Origin: an uncultured Cryptobacterium sp.
Lineage (GTDB): Bacteria; Actinomycetota; Coriobacteriia; Coriobacteriales; Eggerthellaceae
NCBI GenBank assembly: GCA_964597085.1
Contig: CAZQWR010000003.1
Location: 1 to 48,795 of the forward strand
Reading direction: 5' to 3'
Length of the DNA stretch: 48,795 bases
Part shown: piece by piece, positions 47,744 to 48,795 of the stretch
Numbering within the stretch: the stretch's first letter is position 1
Layout: every line of letters begins with the position of its first letter
Made by a program: the position numbers and the translations under genes
The notes under the pieces: model-generated
What the model was told of the DNA's origin: nothing
Databases searched by the model: none
What the model saw: the letters and a program-made list of their open reading frames with translations, nothing else

Positions 47744-48795
47744 ATGAAGCACGGATCTCTTCTTCGCAAGATTTCAGTTGTGGGCCTTTCGGCTGCATGC
47801 TGTTTGGCACTTACCGGCTGTGGCGGTACCAATTACGGTTACACGGGTGGCGTTGCGGCAACCGTAAACGGCGTAGAAATCCAGGAAGACACTATTACCA
47901 AGTACATTCAGGATTTCCGCACCAGCTCTGAGCTTACGGGCGACGACGACTGGGGCAACTGGATGAGCCAGAACTCTTTCGACCCCTCTACCGTGCGCGA
48001 TCAGGTTATCAACTACTACGTTGAGATCGAGCTGAAGAAACAAGCCGCCGATGAAAAGGGCATTTCTGTAGAAAGCTCCGAGGTTGATTCTCAAATCGAA
48101 ACCATCAAGTCCAATTACGACTCTGATGATGCTTGGAAGAAGGCTCTTTCCACCGCTGGCCTTACCGAAGATCAATACCGTGAGTCTGTTGAAGCTGGCC
48201 TGCGCGACCAGAAGCTCGAAGAGGCTGTTGCCGGCGATTCCGCAACCGCAGACGACAGCGCGGTTCTGAACATGCTCAACACTTACTACAGCATGTTCAA
48301 CGGTGCAAAGAAGAGCTCGCACATCCTGTTCTCTTCCAGCGATACCGAAAAGGCGCAGCAGGTACTCGACCAGATCAACGCTGGCACCCTTGATTTCGCT
48401 GAAGCTGCCCAGCAGTACTCCACCGATTCCAGCTCTGCTGCCGATGGCGGCAATGTTGGTTGGGACTGCATCAACAACTTCGTTACTGAATACACTGATG
48501 CCCTTAGCAACCTTTCCACTGGTCAGGTTTCCGGCTTGGTAACCAGCGATTATGGCATCCACATCATCAAATGCACCGACACCCTTTCCTGCGATGGCAC
48601 CGCTACTGAGCTGAGCGCTTATCCCACTGAAATCATCGAGTACATCACCAAGATCGTGAAGAGCCAGAACGAATCTACCGCTTATTCCAACTGGTTCAGC
48701 GAGTACAAGTCTCAGGCTGATATCCAGAACAACGACATGCCTTCCAACGTGCCGTATAACCTGGATATGACCAAGTACGAGAGCAGCTCTTCGGA
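47744..48795 (+). CDS. prsA: PrsA/SurA-like parvulin peptidyl-prolyl isomerase lipoprotein, truncated by window end (not in ORF track)
   Basis: Own translation MKHGSLLRKISVVGLSAACCLALTGC (lipobox), VAATVNG, SSHILF..FAEAAQQYSTD..GGNVGW..SDYGIHII. Confidence 0.85.
   Translation, partial: MKHGSLLRKISVVGLSAACCLALTGCGGTNYGYTGGVAATVNGVEIQEDTITKYIQDFRTSSELTGDDDWGNWMSQNSFDPSTVRDQVINYYVEIELKKQAADEKGISVESSEVDSQIETIKSNYDSDDAWKKALSTAGLTEDQYRESVEAGLRDQKLEEAVAGDSATADDSAVLNMLNTYYSMFNGAKKSSHILFSSSDTEKAQQVLDQINAGTLDFAEAAQQYSTDSSSAADGGNVGWDCINNFVTEYTDALSNLSTGQVSGLVTSDYGIHIIKCTDTLSCDGTATELSAYPTEIIEYITKIVKSQNESTAYSNWFSEYKSQADIQNNDMPSNVPYNLDMTKYESSSS

Overview
Chromosomal replication-origin region of an actinobacterium, most likely Coriobacteriia/Eggerthellaceae-like (inferred from gene order and protein style). 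Left part (mostly - strand): efeUOB iron uptake operon, tRNA-Gly with a tandem duplication of its 3' end, a GT-C glycosyltransferase/YdjC pair, a six-gene amine/imino-acid dehydrogenase operon (OCD/mu-crystallin family, 2Fe-2S, FAD/ferredoxin, BFD, DAO-type, C26 amidohydrolase), amtB, ldh, a ~1380-aa M28-fold protein with degenerate metal ligands and a huge disordered insert, an exonuclease-DinG fusion, ddl and rlmN. Centre and right: parB-parA-rsmG-jag-yidC-yidD-rnpA-rpmH, then a YbhB/PEBP gene, a DnaA-box cluster, an uncharacterised RsbT-like GHKL ATPase-wHTH gene directly ahead of dnaA, oriC (DnaA boxes and DnaA-trios), dnaN-recF-dciA-gyrB-gyrA, tRNA-Ile/tRNA-Ala, typA, a long REP/MITE-like hairpin and a truncated PrsA-like foldase. 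Eight parS-like sites are present. Best leads for new biology: the GHKL-wHTH gene in the dnaA operon, the M28 pseudo-peptidase scaffold, the oxidoreductase operon and the tRNA-linked mini-element. No CRISPR, prophage or transposase was seen. All calls come from motif reading by eye; no database searches were run.
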